The notes under the pieces are model-generated. The model had not been told where the DNA came from. It saw only the letters and a list, made by a program, of their open reading frames with translations, and made no database searches. This document shows positions 1 to 8,595 of a stretch of 32,000 nucleotides of DNA, piece after piece; within the stretch, counting starts at the first letter, position 1, and each line of letters starts with the position of its first letter. A program made the position numbers and the translations under genes. The stretch comes from Candidatus Jordarchaeales archaeon (lineage in GTDB: Archaea; Asgardarchaeota; Jordiarchaeia; Jordiarchaeales; Freyrarchaeaceae), in contig JAWCFL010000006.1 of NCBI GenBank assembly GCA_038858525.1, positions 41,759 to 73,758 on the forward strand. Reading direction: 5' to 3'.

Positions 1-1
1 A

Positions 2-109
2 GGAGTTTACATGCATGGGGTCGGAGGAGTGCGCGTAGAAGACACGGTCGTTACTGAGAAAAAGAAGGGCAAGGTTTTAACCAAGCTACCCAAGGAATTT
101 TTTGTTTGA
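2..109 (+). CDS. 3' end of an M24-family (Xaa-Pro) aminopeptidase, truncated by the window edge
   Basis: Frame 2 reads GVYMHGVGGVRVEDTVVTEKKKGKVLTKLPKEFFV*, with the M24 C-terminal G-x-Y...GGVRxED motif; TGA at 107-109. Confidence 0.8.
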   Translation, partial: GVYMHGVGGVRVEDTVVTEKKKGKVLTKLPKEFFV

Positions 110-112
110 AGG

Positions 113-1049
113 TCAATCTGGCTGGTGCTCGGCGGGCTCTATCGGTGTTTTCGTGGGTTTTTCACATCCCCTCTTGGTTACCAGAACAGGAATCTTGGTT
201 ACCAGAACAGGAATTTCCAGCCTTAATCCTCCCACTCCAGGCTTATTTATCTGGAGGTAAAGTTCTTCAACCATTCCTTCTCTAAACTCATAGCTCGTCC
301 AAGGCTCAAAGATAGTTATCGGCGGATACCACTCATGTCCGACTATTCCTATTCCGTGGCCGAAGACTGGTGGCGTATGTGGCGCATACTCCGTCTTATT
401 GAGCTTCTCCATGATTTTTTTCGCGACCTCGCCGACAGTTACCCCCGGCGCAACGTTGTCTATTAAAATATAGGAAAGCTCGACGAACGTTTCAATCATC
501 TTCCTCTGTTCGTTGTCTGCCTTCTCCATGACGACGTTGTATGCGAGGTCAGAATAGTAGAGTTCATATGTAGAGTGCAACTACCATTACTATTTCTCCT
601 TCTCTGATAACCTTATTTGATGGAGGGGTGCAGCCGCACCTCGAATACCCACCCCTATAACCTGACGCTACCTCGTCCCCTCCCGTTATCGGCCAATTCC
701 ACATCGAGCCGAGTTCTCTCATCACCTTCTCTCCCGCTCCAAGGACGCTGCCTCGGTTACTCCTACTCTCAGAGCCCTCAAGGCAGCCTTTATCCCCTCA
801 TCAGCTATGCTGGCAGCTTTCCTCATCCTCTCTATTTCAGCTGGCTCCTTGATCACCACAGCCTCATTCATAACCTTTGAAGCGTTAACAAAGGTGGCGT
901 CAGGAAGCTTCTCCTTCAGCATTGTGTACTCTGCTTGATTTATCACGCCTTCAATGAGACGCGGCGTCACCTCCGCTTCTATACCTATAACTGCTTTTTC
1001 AAGTCCCAGTTCCTTAATTCTGCTAGCAACCTGTTCAGGCCAATAATAA
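113..1049 (-). pseudogene. M24-family peptidase/creatinase-like pseudogene, 5'-truncated by the IS607 element
   Basis: Three consecutive frames: YYWPEQVASRIKELGLEKAVIGIE...IKEPAEIERMRKAASIADEGI, then VLGAGEKVMRELG...NKVIREGEIVMV, then LHSTYELYYSDLA...GHGIG..GHEWYP..EELYL..GGLRLE. Frameshifts at about 748 and 581, an in-frame 21-bp duplication, and the 5' part replaced by the IS right end at 1050. Confidence 0.8.
172..214. repeat. 21-bp tandem duplication (TCTTGGTTACCAGAACAGGAA x2), giving IPVLVTK-IPVLVTK
   Basis: Read directly at 172-192 and 193-213. Confidence 0.95.
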
Positions 1050-1144
1050 CCGTTGTCGGATAGTTAATTTTTTATAACTATCCGTTCCACCTCGGCTAAA
1101 GCCTCATGGGTGGCTTTCGCCGCCAACGGTAAAGGACGGCACAT
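1049..1144 (-). ncRNA. Putative omegaRNA scaffold (3' part) of element A, overlapping the tnpB 3' end
   Basis: Stem GCCGTC/GGCGGC whose loop ACCGTTG (1130-1124) is complementary to the terminal CAACGGT (1055-1049), plus a subterminal 10-bp hairpin. The position matches known TnpB omegaRNAs. The 5' limit is unknown. Confidence 0.6.
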
Positions 1145-2239
1145 GGAGAGTTTTCCAGCTATGTTCCAAGCGGCGACCAAGTGTCTATCTGCTTGGAAGC
1201 CGCACCGCCTGCATTTGAAGACGTGCCCATTCGGCTTACTAATTTCGCCACACATCGATGTCCTAGAGGTGTTTTCAGGCTTAACGGTTTCAGGCTTAAA
1301 GCCATGCTCCATCCCCTTATAGGAGATGTAGAACTGGATTCTTCTGAATGGTATGCTGTGGAGCCTCCTATTCATCACCCCACCATACCGAATCCTCTCC
1401 CTTATGTGGGTGAGCTCCTCCATTACAGGCTTAACGTTTTCCTCGGCAACCACACCAGCTACAATCTTCGCCGCCCTATGAAGTACGTCGTTCACCCTCC
1501 GCCTCTCCCTCCCAGAATACTTCGATAACAGCTCAGCTTTTGTCTCCCCCGAGGTCTTACCCTGAATGCTCCTCCTCTTCCTGAAGTACCTGCCTCTAAT
1601 GTGTTTCGCCTCACTTATATCTATCTTGATGAACCTGACCTTACCCGGCTTCACAACAGCCAAGTCTATACTACACTCGTTAACATCGATGCCCAGCACG
1701 CCTTCGGACTTTCTCTCCTCAACCGTCCTCCTAAAAGTAACATGAAGATAGTATTCGTTATTAAATTTTACAAGCCTTGAGCCTTTAACCTGCCAACCCA
1801 TGAACTTCATCGAATGCTCATGAACCCTGAACGGAATCGCGATGTGTCCTTTGTGCGTAGCCAGCCTTACGCATCCCCAACTGAACCAGAACAGGTGGGC
1901 GTCGTCCAAAAGAATGGTGTTTAGTTTCTCAATTCTTGGAGGGTTAATTTCCCCCCTCTTCCTAGAGAGCCTCCTGTAGGACTTGAATATGCTTAGAGCT
2001 TGTGTTATAGCCGTATAAATGTAATGGGATGGGTGGTTCGGATACTTCGTCCTCAGCTCCTTATAAATTGCTTCATGAAGCCTCCTACGTGAGGTCACAT
2101 TTAGATTCATAGCCCTATCTAGGCATGCTTTAACCATTTCGGAATAGCTCTTGAAGAGATCCTCGAGAACGATTGCTTGTTCATCGTTGGGCTGGAGCTT
2201 AAACTTGCAGGTCTCATTCAGCAATAAGCTGCCTGACAC
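1064..2239 (-). CDS. tnpB: TnpB, RNA-guided RuvC nuclease (IS607-associated)
   Basis: 391-aa ORF with RuvC-I VLGIDVNE, RuvC-II PVMEEL and RuvC-III ADRHLVAAWNI. The Zn ribbon is TSRTSMCG...CRRCG, with the first Cys missing. The true start may be TTG a few codons downstream. Confidence 0.9.
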   Translation of the reverse strand: MSGSLLLNETCKFKLQPNDEQAIVLEDLFKSYSEMVKACLDRAMNLNVTSRRRLHEAIYKELRTKYPNHPSHYIYTAITQALSIFKSYRRLSRKRGEINPPRIEKLNTILLDDAHLFWFSWGCVRLATHKGHIAIPFRVHEHSMKFMGWQVKGSRLVKFNNEYYLHVTFRRTVEERKSEGVLGIDVNECSIDLAVVKPGKVRFIKIDISEAKHIRGRYFRKRRSIQGKTSGETKAELLSKYSGRERRRVNDVLHRAAKIVAGVVAEENVKPVMEELTHIRERIRYGGVMNRRLHSIPFRRIQFYISYKGMEHGFKPETVKPENTSRTSMCGEISKPNGHVFKCRRCGFQADRHLVAAWNIAGKLSMCRPLPLAAKATHEALAEVERIVIKN

Positions 2240-2847
2240 TCTTAACCACCTTCTCGTACTTGTGGCTTCTCAAACCATAGAGCTTTTCAGCAAAGCTTGA
2301 AACCAAAGCGATGAGATCCTCTATTGATAGGCGTCTTTAGGCTCTTCACCATTAACGACTTTGATTTTTACGTTGTGAGGGGCGAAGTAACGCTCTAGGT
2401 GTTTGAAGCCGAACCTCGTAAGCCTATCCTTAAAAGCTATTCTTGAAAGCTATTATGACGGCTCCTACCTCTCTTTTCTCGACCATATCAAAGATCTTGT
2501 TCAGGGACTTTCTGTTTTCGTTGAGCCTGCTTGCCGCGTCCTCTAAGATCGCGATAACTTCATTTTAGGTTTGGCGTAACTCGGTAAACTTTGCTTTTGC
2601 CTCTCTAGATCTCCTTTCTGTTTCTGGTCATGGGGGGGAACTCTGGTATAAATCACGGCTTTTTGGGCGTGTCTGGTTTGGCGATGCCCATCAAACGTTC
2701 AACTTCACTTTCAGGTATCCTCCTCCTACCACCAACAGTCCTAACAACTCTAATTTTACCTTGTTTATCCCATTTTCTAAGCGTATTTGGGTGAATGCCT
2801 GATCTCTCGCAGGCTTCGCTGAGCGTCAGCAACCTCTCAATCATCAT
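2214..2847 (-). pseudogene. tnpA: IS607 TnpA serine recombinase, several frameshifts
   Basis: N-terminal MerR-like HTH (LLTLSEACERSGIHPNTLRKWD), followed in shifted frames by KAVIYTRV, DLERQ, LNENRK, KDRLTRFGF and EDLIALVSSFAEKLYGLRS. Stop TGA at 2216-2214 overlaps the tnpB start region. Confidence 0.85.
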
Positions 2848-3110
2848 ACAAAAATGTTAAGAAGTGTTATATAAAGTTATCTATTCAGGAACTGATGCAA
2901 ACCCTCACCGAAGCAGAACCTCTACTAGGCGACAACAATGGAGCAGCGCAGCCTCAAAGCGCCACTCATGTCCCCTCCTAAACCAAGAATAATAGGTCAC
3001 AGAGTGGGGATGCAGAATTTCCTCTCCTTCCCTGAGAAAGAAAGGTTGGCACTCCCTTTTTGGGTCTAAGTTTTTATTTTTCTTTTTCTAAGTTTAGTTG
3101 GGTGTGACCG

Positions 3111-4937
3111 TTGAGCGGGTTGAGTGACCGGAGGAGTCTCTTTTTCACTGATTTTGATGGGCGCTTCAGAGCTAGGCTGAGCAAGGTTGAGCCTGCTAGA
3201 GCTGCGTCGGACGAGCGGCTTGGCACGTCTGCTCCATACGCCTGCACGGTGCTCGTCGAGTACGATAGGGAGCTGCTGAGGCTTCTCGACGTCGGCATGC
3301 TTCTCGCAGTCAGGAACTTTAAGAGTGGGGGAGGAGTGGAGCGCTACACCCTCATGGAGCTGTCCCGCTTCTGGCCTGAGCACTTCGGCCTCATGGGTGT
3401 TAAGGAGCACCAATATTTCCCCATGCAGTTCGAGGTTATAGAGCAAACAGTCCAGGACTGGGAGACTGAGGATAAGGCGACCATGGCTATATACATTTCA
3501 GCGATACCTGTGAACTACGACCTCGTGGTCTCGGGCGAGTCTGCAGAATATGTTCGAGGCTTTTCCTATCCTGTAGTTGGCGAGCAGGTCTATGTCCTTA
3601 ACAGGGAAATGATAAAGAGCATGTATAACCGAGGCGTTGCAGATAAGGTTCAGGGGGAAGGAGGGCACGTTGGGAGCCTGAAGATGTTCGAGTCCGCAGG
3701 CGAGGAAATCCCCATATACGTCGACTATGAGTCCCTTGTCCGGTACCACTTTGGCATATTCGCCTTTACTGGAGGCGGGAAGAGCAACCTGCTCGCGACT
3801 CTTATAAGGAAGATAATGCGCCACACTCGGGACACGAAGGTCATAGTCTTTGATATATCCTGCGAGTATCCCTTCCTCCTCATGGACCTATTAGCGGACC
3901 CATCGATTCCATCCATGGTTGTATTGGAACGGATGGTCGACTCGCCTCAGGAGTTCAGCCTCTCCATAGTTAAGCCGAAAAGGTACGAAAACGACCCGCG
4001 CGTCCTTAAGGGGCTCGGAAGGATCCTTTCTATGGGCAGAGTTACGCACCTTGTGAGGCGTAGCGTTGAGACGCCAACGTTCGCAGACATATTTCAGACA
4101 CTCGATAGCTTAGCGAGCGCGAACGCTGATAAGCCAAACTACGTGAACGCCATCACCGAGATAAGAATGTTCACGGACAGCTATATGACGTCTAGAGGTT
4201 ACGTGGAGGAGGACGAGATAGACGAGGAGTACGTGAAACACCTGGACGAGCACGTGGACTACTTCAGGTCAACCTACTCGATCTACGAGAGAAGCAACCT
4301 TTACGGGTGGATTTCCTCCCTGAAAACGATATACTCGAAGATCAAGGAGAGGAGCGCTGAGGAGGAGGTTGCAGGGGGAGTCGCCCCGAAAACAATATCC
4401 GAAAAGCTGTTCGAGAGCGACCTAAGACTCATATGCCTATCGATAGGGGACCCCGAAACCATCAAGCAACTGACGATAAACACCGTCAGAAGCGCCCTAT
4501 CTAGGAGAAAGAGGGAGTTCAGCGTTAAGCCATATATCCTCTTCGTCTGGGATGAAGCGCAGGAGTTCGCCCCCGCCCCCGACAAGGCAAGAGGAGTAGA
4601 GAAAACATGTTCCGAGGAGGTTGAAAGGCTCCTCAGGCAAGGGCGAAAGTACGGGTTGGGAGGATGCCTCGTAACGCAGCGCATAGCCCACCTGAACACC
4701 TCAGCCCTACAGCAACTCCACACATACTTTGTCGGCACTCTCCCGAGACCCTACGATAGGGGACTGATCAGCAACACATTCATGGTGGACAGGGAGATCC
4801 TCGAAAGGACACTGGAATTCACGCCCGGAGAATGGCTCCTCTCAAGCTACATCGCAACAGGAATAACCAACGTGCCGATATTCATAAAGTCGGAAGACAC
4901 CGAGCAACAACTAGACAAATTCATGAACACATTATGA
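3111..4937 (+). CDS. HerA/FtsK-superfamily ATPase (HerA-like, N-terminal HAS-barrel-like region)
   Basis: 608 aa; Walker A GIFAFTGGGKS, Walker B VWDEAQEF, and the RQGRKYGLGGCLVTQR motif typical of HerA. Confidence 0.85.
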   Translation: MSGLSDRRSLFFTDFDGRFRARLSKVEPARAASDERLGTSAPYACTVLVEYDRELLRLLDVGMLLAVRNFKSGGGVERYTLMELSRFWPEHFGLMGVKEHQYFPMQFEVIEQTVQDWETEDKATMAIYISAIPVNYDLVVSGESAEYVRGFSYPVVGEQVYVLNREMIKSMYNRGVADKVQGEGGHVGSLKMFESAGEEIPIYVDYESLVRYHFGIFAFTGGGKSNLLATLIRKIMRHTRDTKVIVFDISCEYPFLLMDLLADPSIPSMVVLERMVDSPQEFSLSIVKPKRYENDPRVLKGLGRILSMGRVTHLVRRSVETPTFADIFQTLDSLASANADKPNYVNAITEIRMFTDSYMTSRGYVEEDEIDEEYVKHLDEHVDYFRSTYSIYERSNLYGWISSLKTIYSKIKERSAEEEVAGGVAPKTISEKLFESDLRLICLSIGDPETIKQLTINTVRSALSRRKREFSVKPYILFVWDEAQEFAPAPDKARGVEKTCSEEVERLLRQGRKYGLGGCLVTQRIAHLNTSALQQLHTYFVGTLPRPYDRGLISNTFMVDREILERTLEFTPGEWLLSSYIATGITNVPIFIKSEDTEQQLDKFMNTL

Positions 4938-5357
4938 AAAACTAGAGAAAAATGGAATTTTTGACCAAAAACTCGCAGACCTCTCGCACAAAAAAGTTTT
5001 TCAACCCGCCTCTCAGTTAACGGAAGCCACTCGAAACACATCAATCTCGCCTCCGATGAACATACCCCCACATTCATAGGCAGCACCCCCTACTCTTTAC
5101 GTGTAGCATTCCCGCTTTAGCCGCCCCCATCCCAGGCAGCAATTAAAGTTAAGTCATCCTCGCTGAACTCTTACGTTCTTAATTTTTCAACAAGATGTTG
5201 AGTCTACTACTTGGCCACCATCAATGAAAACCTTCTTTTTGCAAAAATCGCATAAAAAAGAGACACTAATGCTTTCTCGTCACACATCGCTTAAATCTTT
5301 CGCTTAACTACTGCATGATTTGAATGTTTTTATGAGAAAATATATTTTCAAAAACCA

Positions 5358-5365
5358 TTTATAAA
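5358..5365 (+). promoter_or_regulatory. TATA box upstream of the small secreted protein gene
   Basis: TTTATAAA preceded by an A-rich BRE-like stretch, 28 nt before the in-frame ATG at 5394. Confidence 0.5.
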
Positions 5366-5375
5366 AAATCGGTGA

Positions 5376-5852
5376 GTGATGGAGGATGAATTTATGCACG
5401 AAGCGCAAAAGAGAATTGTGTGCATGTTTTTCGTATTGCTTTTAGCATCCGCCCTAACACTCAGCACGGCAGCCTCCTCTGTGAGCGCAGACACCCAACA
5501 GGCTCTTGCTCCTAGTAGCACTGCATCAGCTCAAGCCGCCCAAGGTGGAATTTCGCCTTCTGCTTTACCACTATGCTTCGACTTGATAGGAGCATTATCC
5601 GCCGCTCTGGGTGCAGTAATTAACGCCATTGTTAGTGGAGTTCTCGGAGCAATGGGCAACGTGATAGGCGCCTTAATGGCTGGGCTTGCCAGCTTCATCG
5701 CCGGAATAATTGCCAGCATAGTCTCTGCTGTTTTAGGCGTTATTGCCACAGTAATCGTGGCGATAATCGCAGCTTTAATCGGAGGGATATTCGGGGGAGA
5801 AAAACCCCAAAGCGAGCAACCCGGAGAAAACGCGACAGCACATTTTCTCTAA
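5376..5852 (+). CDS. Small secreted/membrane protein with a long Gly/Ala/Ile/Val-rich hydrophobic segment
   Basis: Signal-peptide-like N-terminus (KRIVCMFFVLLLASALTLS), a Ser/Ala/Gln linker, about 67 nearly uncharged residues and a short polar tail. The start is probably ATG 5394. Confidence 0.7.
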   Translation: MMEDEFMHEAQKRIVCMFFVLLLASALTLSTAASSVSADTQQALAPSSTASAQAAQGGISPSALPLCFDLIGALSAALGAVINAIVSGVLGAMGNVIGALMAGLASFIAGIIASIVSAVLGVIATVIVAIIAALIGGIFGGEKPQSEQPGENATAHFL

Positions 5853-6428
5853 AATCTCTCTGAAGAATCGCTGAACGAGCCTGACTTCAAAAGCGTTAAG
5901 CATCGAGGACTTTGGTTAAATCCATCACGTGCTTTTTTCATTCTTTTTGTTACATCCAAAATATTGAGACATACAAATAAATTGAGATATAAAGTGAGGA
6001 ATAAACTGCAAAGTGCATCGTCAATCAATAATAGCATTTTTGGCCCTAGATTCTTGAACGGCAAGGTTCCTCGTAGTTAACACGGAATTTCTCCGCCGTT
6101 CCTAAAATCTGACCTGGCAACTGCACTTCACCATTCCCCACCATAGTTACAATTTTTTAACCTTCAACTTACTTGGTTTTTCTGAGAACGAGCACAGAAA
6201 CGCACACTGAAAGACCTCGAAGTAGTTTATCATCAGCGAATTCAAATGCAGGCGTTCAGCGCCTTAGCGCACCTTAAAGCCCTAAAGTTAACATTAACTG
6301 TTTCTAGGTTGCTAAAATATTCTCCATGAACACTCCACAAGAGAAAAATCATCTTCGCAAAGGGGGGTTAATAAACAGTTTCTATCTAATATAAAGTTTA
6401 TTATCTTGCATATAACTTTGGTGACCTT

Positions 6429-7044
6429 GTGCCTGAGAAGCTCTACACTAATGGTGAGGTTGCGAGGACTTTCGGGGCTTCCTATGTCGCTGTTAAGAAG
6501 TGGGCTTATTCTGGTAAGGTTAGGCTTATTAAGACGCCTGGCGGGAAGTATAGGTTTCCCGAGAGCGAGGTAAAGCGGCTTCTTGGAGGGCGGACTCCGA
6601 AGGGAAGGGCTGTGATTTACGACAGAGTGGGTGCAGCTGACCAGTGGGAGGATTTGGAGAGACAGAAGCAAAGGCTCATTAGGTATGCCAAGAGTAGCGG
6701 CTACAGGATATAGTGGTTCTTGAGGACATAGCTTCCGGGTTAAACGAAGAATAGGAAGAGCTTGATGAGGCTTTTTGAAGTGGTTTCACAGAAACAAGTG
6801 GAGGTCGTCTTCATAACATAGGGATAGGCTTACAAGGTTCGGCTTCAAGTATTTAGAGGCATTCTTTAATTCTCATGGCTGTAGAATAGAGTGCTTAGAT
6901 GCTGAAGAAGTTAAGGAGCCACAACAAGAGCTTATAGATCTAATAGCCATAGTTACGAGCTTTGCTGGGAGAATCTATGGAGCGAGAAGCAATAAGAAGC
7001 GGAGGGTTGTGGAGGCTGTTGAGCAGACGATTAGAAACAATTAA
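6429..7044 (+). pseudogene. tnpA: IS607 TnpA serine recombinase, frameshifted
   Basis: HTH (LYTNGEVARTFGASYVAVKKWAYSG) and RAVIYDRVG..DLERQ, then in shifted frames EDIASGLNE, RDRLTRFGFKYL and LIAIVTSFAGRIYGARS; TAA at 7042-7044. Confidence 0.85.
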
Positions 7045-8415
7045 ACTAGCGGCGAGCTTCAAGCTGAATGGTTTTGTGCCAGACCGAGTTATTCCAAGCC
7101 TACAGGCAGATATTAAGCGAGCTCTTAGACTATGCCTGCGATAGGGGAGTCTCAAGCTTTAAGCGCTTAAAGTCCGAGAAGTATTGTGACTTAAGGGCGA
7201 GGTACCCGAGCTTGCCTATATCAGCAGTTTCGTGGTATATAGGTTTAAATAGAGGTTGATTACTTTGTTCTTAATGATGTCTACTCTAAAACCTGCCCAG
7301 TCTGTTCAGGAAGCATGGCTTCCTATCCGGGCAGGATATTAAACCTTCAGATGCGGGGAGAAGGGTTCCCCCAAAGAGCCCTCAATGAGTTAATCGAGGG
7401 GGAAGGGTTAAGTAGGAATGAAGGTAACAATTCACTATGTATTCCTACTTAACTCAGAACCCTTCACACTACATTTATACTGCATGCCCGATGGCATGCT
7501 TAATATACAAATCCTTCAGGAAGCTGAAAGGGAGGAATAAAGTTAGGTTAGGTCTGAAGCCGCTATTCAGGAAAGACGTTATAATGCTCGACGACCACCT
7601 ATTCAGCATGAACCTCGATAAATGGGAAGCTCCCGTTGCAACGGAAGCTGGGAGAATAGTGTTCAGAATCCTTCATGGAACATGTCATGAGAAGTTCAGG
7701 GGCATGAAGGTTGGGCAAGCATGGCTCGTCAGAAGGCGCGATGGCCATTATTTGAAGGTTGTCTTCAGCAAGACCGTAGAGGTTGCTGAACCTAATGGGA
7801 AAAAATTGGCTATAGACGTAAATGAAGCAGCGTAGCCTACGGCACGGAGAACAAGATAGGCGTCCTTAAGACTGGCGAGAAAGCCATAAGGACGGCATAC
7901 TTCCTGAAGATGCGTAGACTCCAATCCAAACTGAGGCTCAACGAGAAGCCGATACTTGCGAAGTATAGGGGTAGAGAGACGAGGAGGGTGGAGGCAATCC
8001 ACCATAAAATCGCAAACAGTCTCATCGAGGAGGCTAAGAGACAGGGCTGCACAACAAAATAGTCCTCGAAGACCTCAAGCACATCAGAAGACGCATAAGA
8101 AAATCTAAAGCTCTTAACGGCAGATTGAATAGGTGGGGCTTTCAGAAAACTCCAGCACATCATAGAATACAAGGCTAGCTTAATAGATTAAGCGTATTTT
8201 ATGTTAAAGCTGGGAGCACATCAAGTCTATGCCCAAAATGCAGGGGCAGGCTAAGCCCAAGCGGGTATAGGCTGATGAAGCGCCCAAGATGCGAACTGGA
8301 GGAGGACAGAGATATAGTAGCCGTGAAGAACCTCCTCCAGAGAATCCAGATAGATGTGCCGGCTTCACCCGTTCACGGCGAAAGCCCTCCCATGAAAGGA
8401 GGAAAGAAGAAATGA
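7031..8415 (+). pseudogene. tnpB: TnpB pseudogene interrupted by a 246-bp insertion, with further stops and frameshifts
   Basis: LRARYPSLP|SHYIYTAC rejoins when 7218-7463 is removed (compare YPNHPSHYIYTA in the intact TnpB). LAIDVNE, VLEDLKHIR, SSLCPKC, DRDIVAVKNL and DVPASPVHGESPPMKGGKKK* are recognisable in different frames. Confidence 0.85.
7215..7463 (+). mobile_element. Non-autonomous IS607-derived mini-element E1 (left end + TATA + omegaRNA-like scaffold + right end)
   Basis: CCT at 7215-7217 and 7461-7463. CC + 8 nt + CAGTTTC left end; TTTAAATA at 7244-7251; a collapsed tnpB tail reading YSKTCPVCSGSMASYPGRILNLQMRGEGFPQRAL; a 13-bp inverted repeat at 7407-7419 / 7441-7453; TCAGAAC + CC right end. 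Confidence 0.85.
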
Positions 8416-8438
8416 AAGTTAACACTGGATCAGAACGG
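8354..8438 (+). ncRNA. Putative omegaRNA scaffold (3' part) of element B
   Basis: Same motif as in element A (ATGTGCCG...CCGTT..CGGCGAAAGCC.CCCATGA). Internal CCGTTC (8369-8374) is complementary to the terminal GAACGG (8433-8438). Confidence 0.55.
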
Positions 8439-8595
8439 CAGGTGAGCAAGAGAAGAAGAATCTATCACCTCTTTGTCGCAGCGAAAACATGCAACTTAAT
8501 TGGAACAGCGTTTTTAGACAGGAACATTTGCTCTCACGATACATCCTTTTTAGTTACATGTCAGCCACATCTGTCCCTAGGAACTCACTTTCCCT

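Larger units (their letters stand above)
1050..2904 (-). mobile_element. IS607-family element A (tnpA pseudogene + full-length tnpB)
   Basis: MerR-HTH/serine-recombinase tnpA overlapping tnpB. Left end is GG(2904-2903) + 8 nt + CAGTTCC and is almost identical to the copy starting at 31883. Right end is ...GACAAC-GG(1051-1050), preceded by a 10-bp inverted repeat (1057-1066 / 1075-1084). Confidence 0.85.
6366..8438 (+). mobile_element. IS607-family element B (decayed tnpA + tnpB, with a nested mini-element)
   Basis: Left end GG(6366-6367) + TTAATAAA + CAGTTTC; right end TCAGAAC + GG(8437-8438); tnpA and tnpB remnants lie between them. Confidence 0.8.

Noticed and set aside
2967-3060. Short + strand reading MSPPKPRIIGHRVG resembling the glycerophosphodiester phosphodiesterase IIGHRG motif
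   Set aside because: It is a single short motif with no continuing ORF or further motifs.
5100-5180. Possible box C/D sRNA or tRNA-like element in the herA downstream gap
   Set aside because: A C-box-like GGATGA is present on the minus strand, but there is no correctly placed CTGA D box or cloverleaf. No tRNA or rRNA was found anywhere in the window.
5849-6064. 71-aa minus-strand ORF and surrounding AT-rich 5850-6360 DNA
   Set aside because: No family signature could be recognised; it may be a decayed gene but this cannot be supported.
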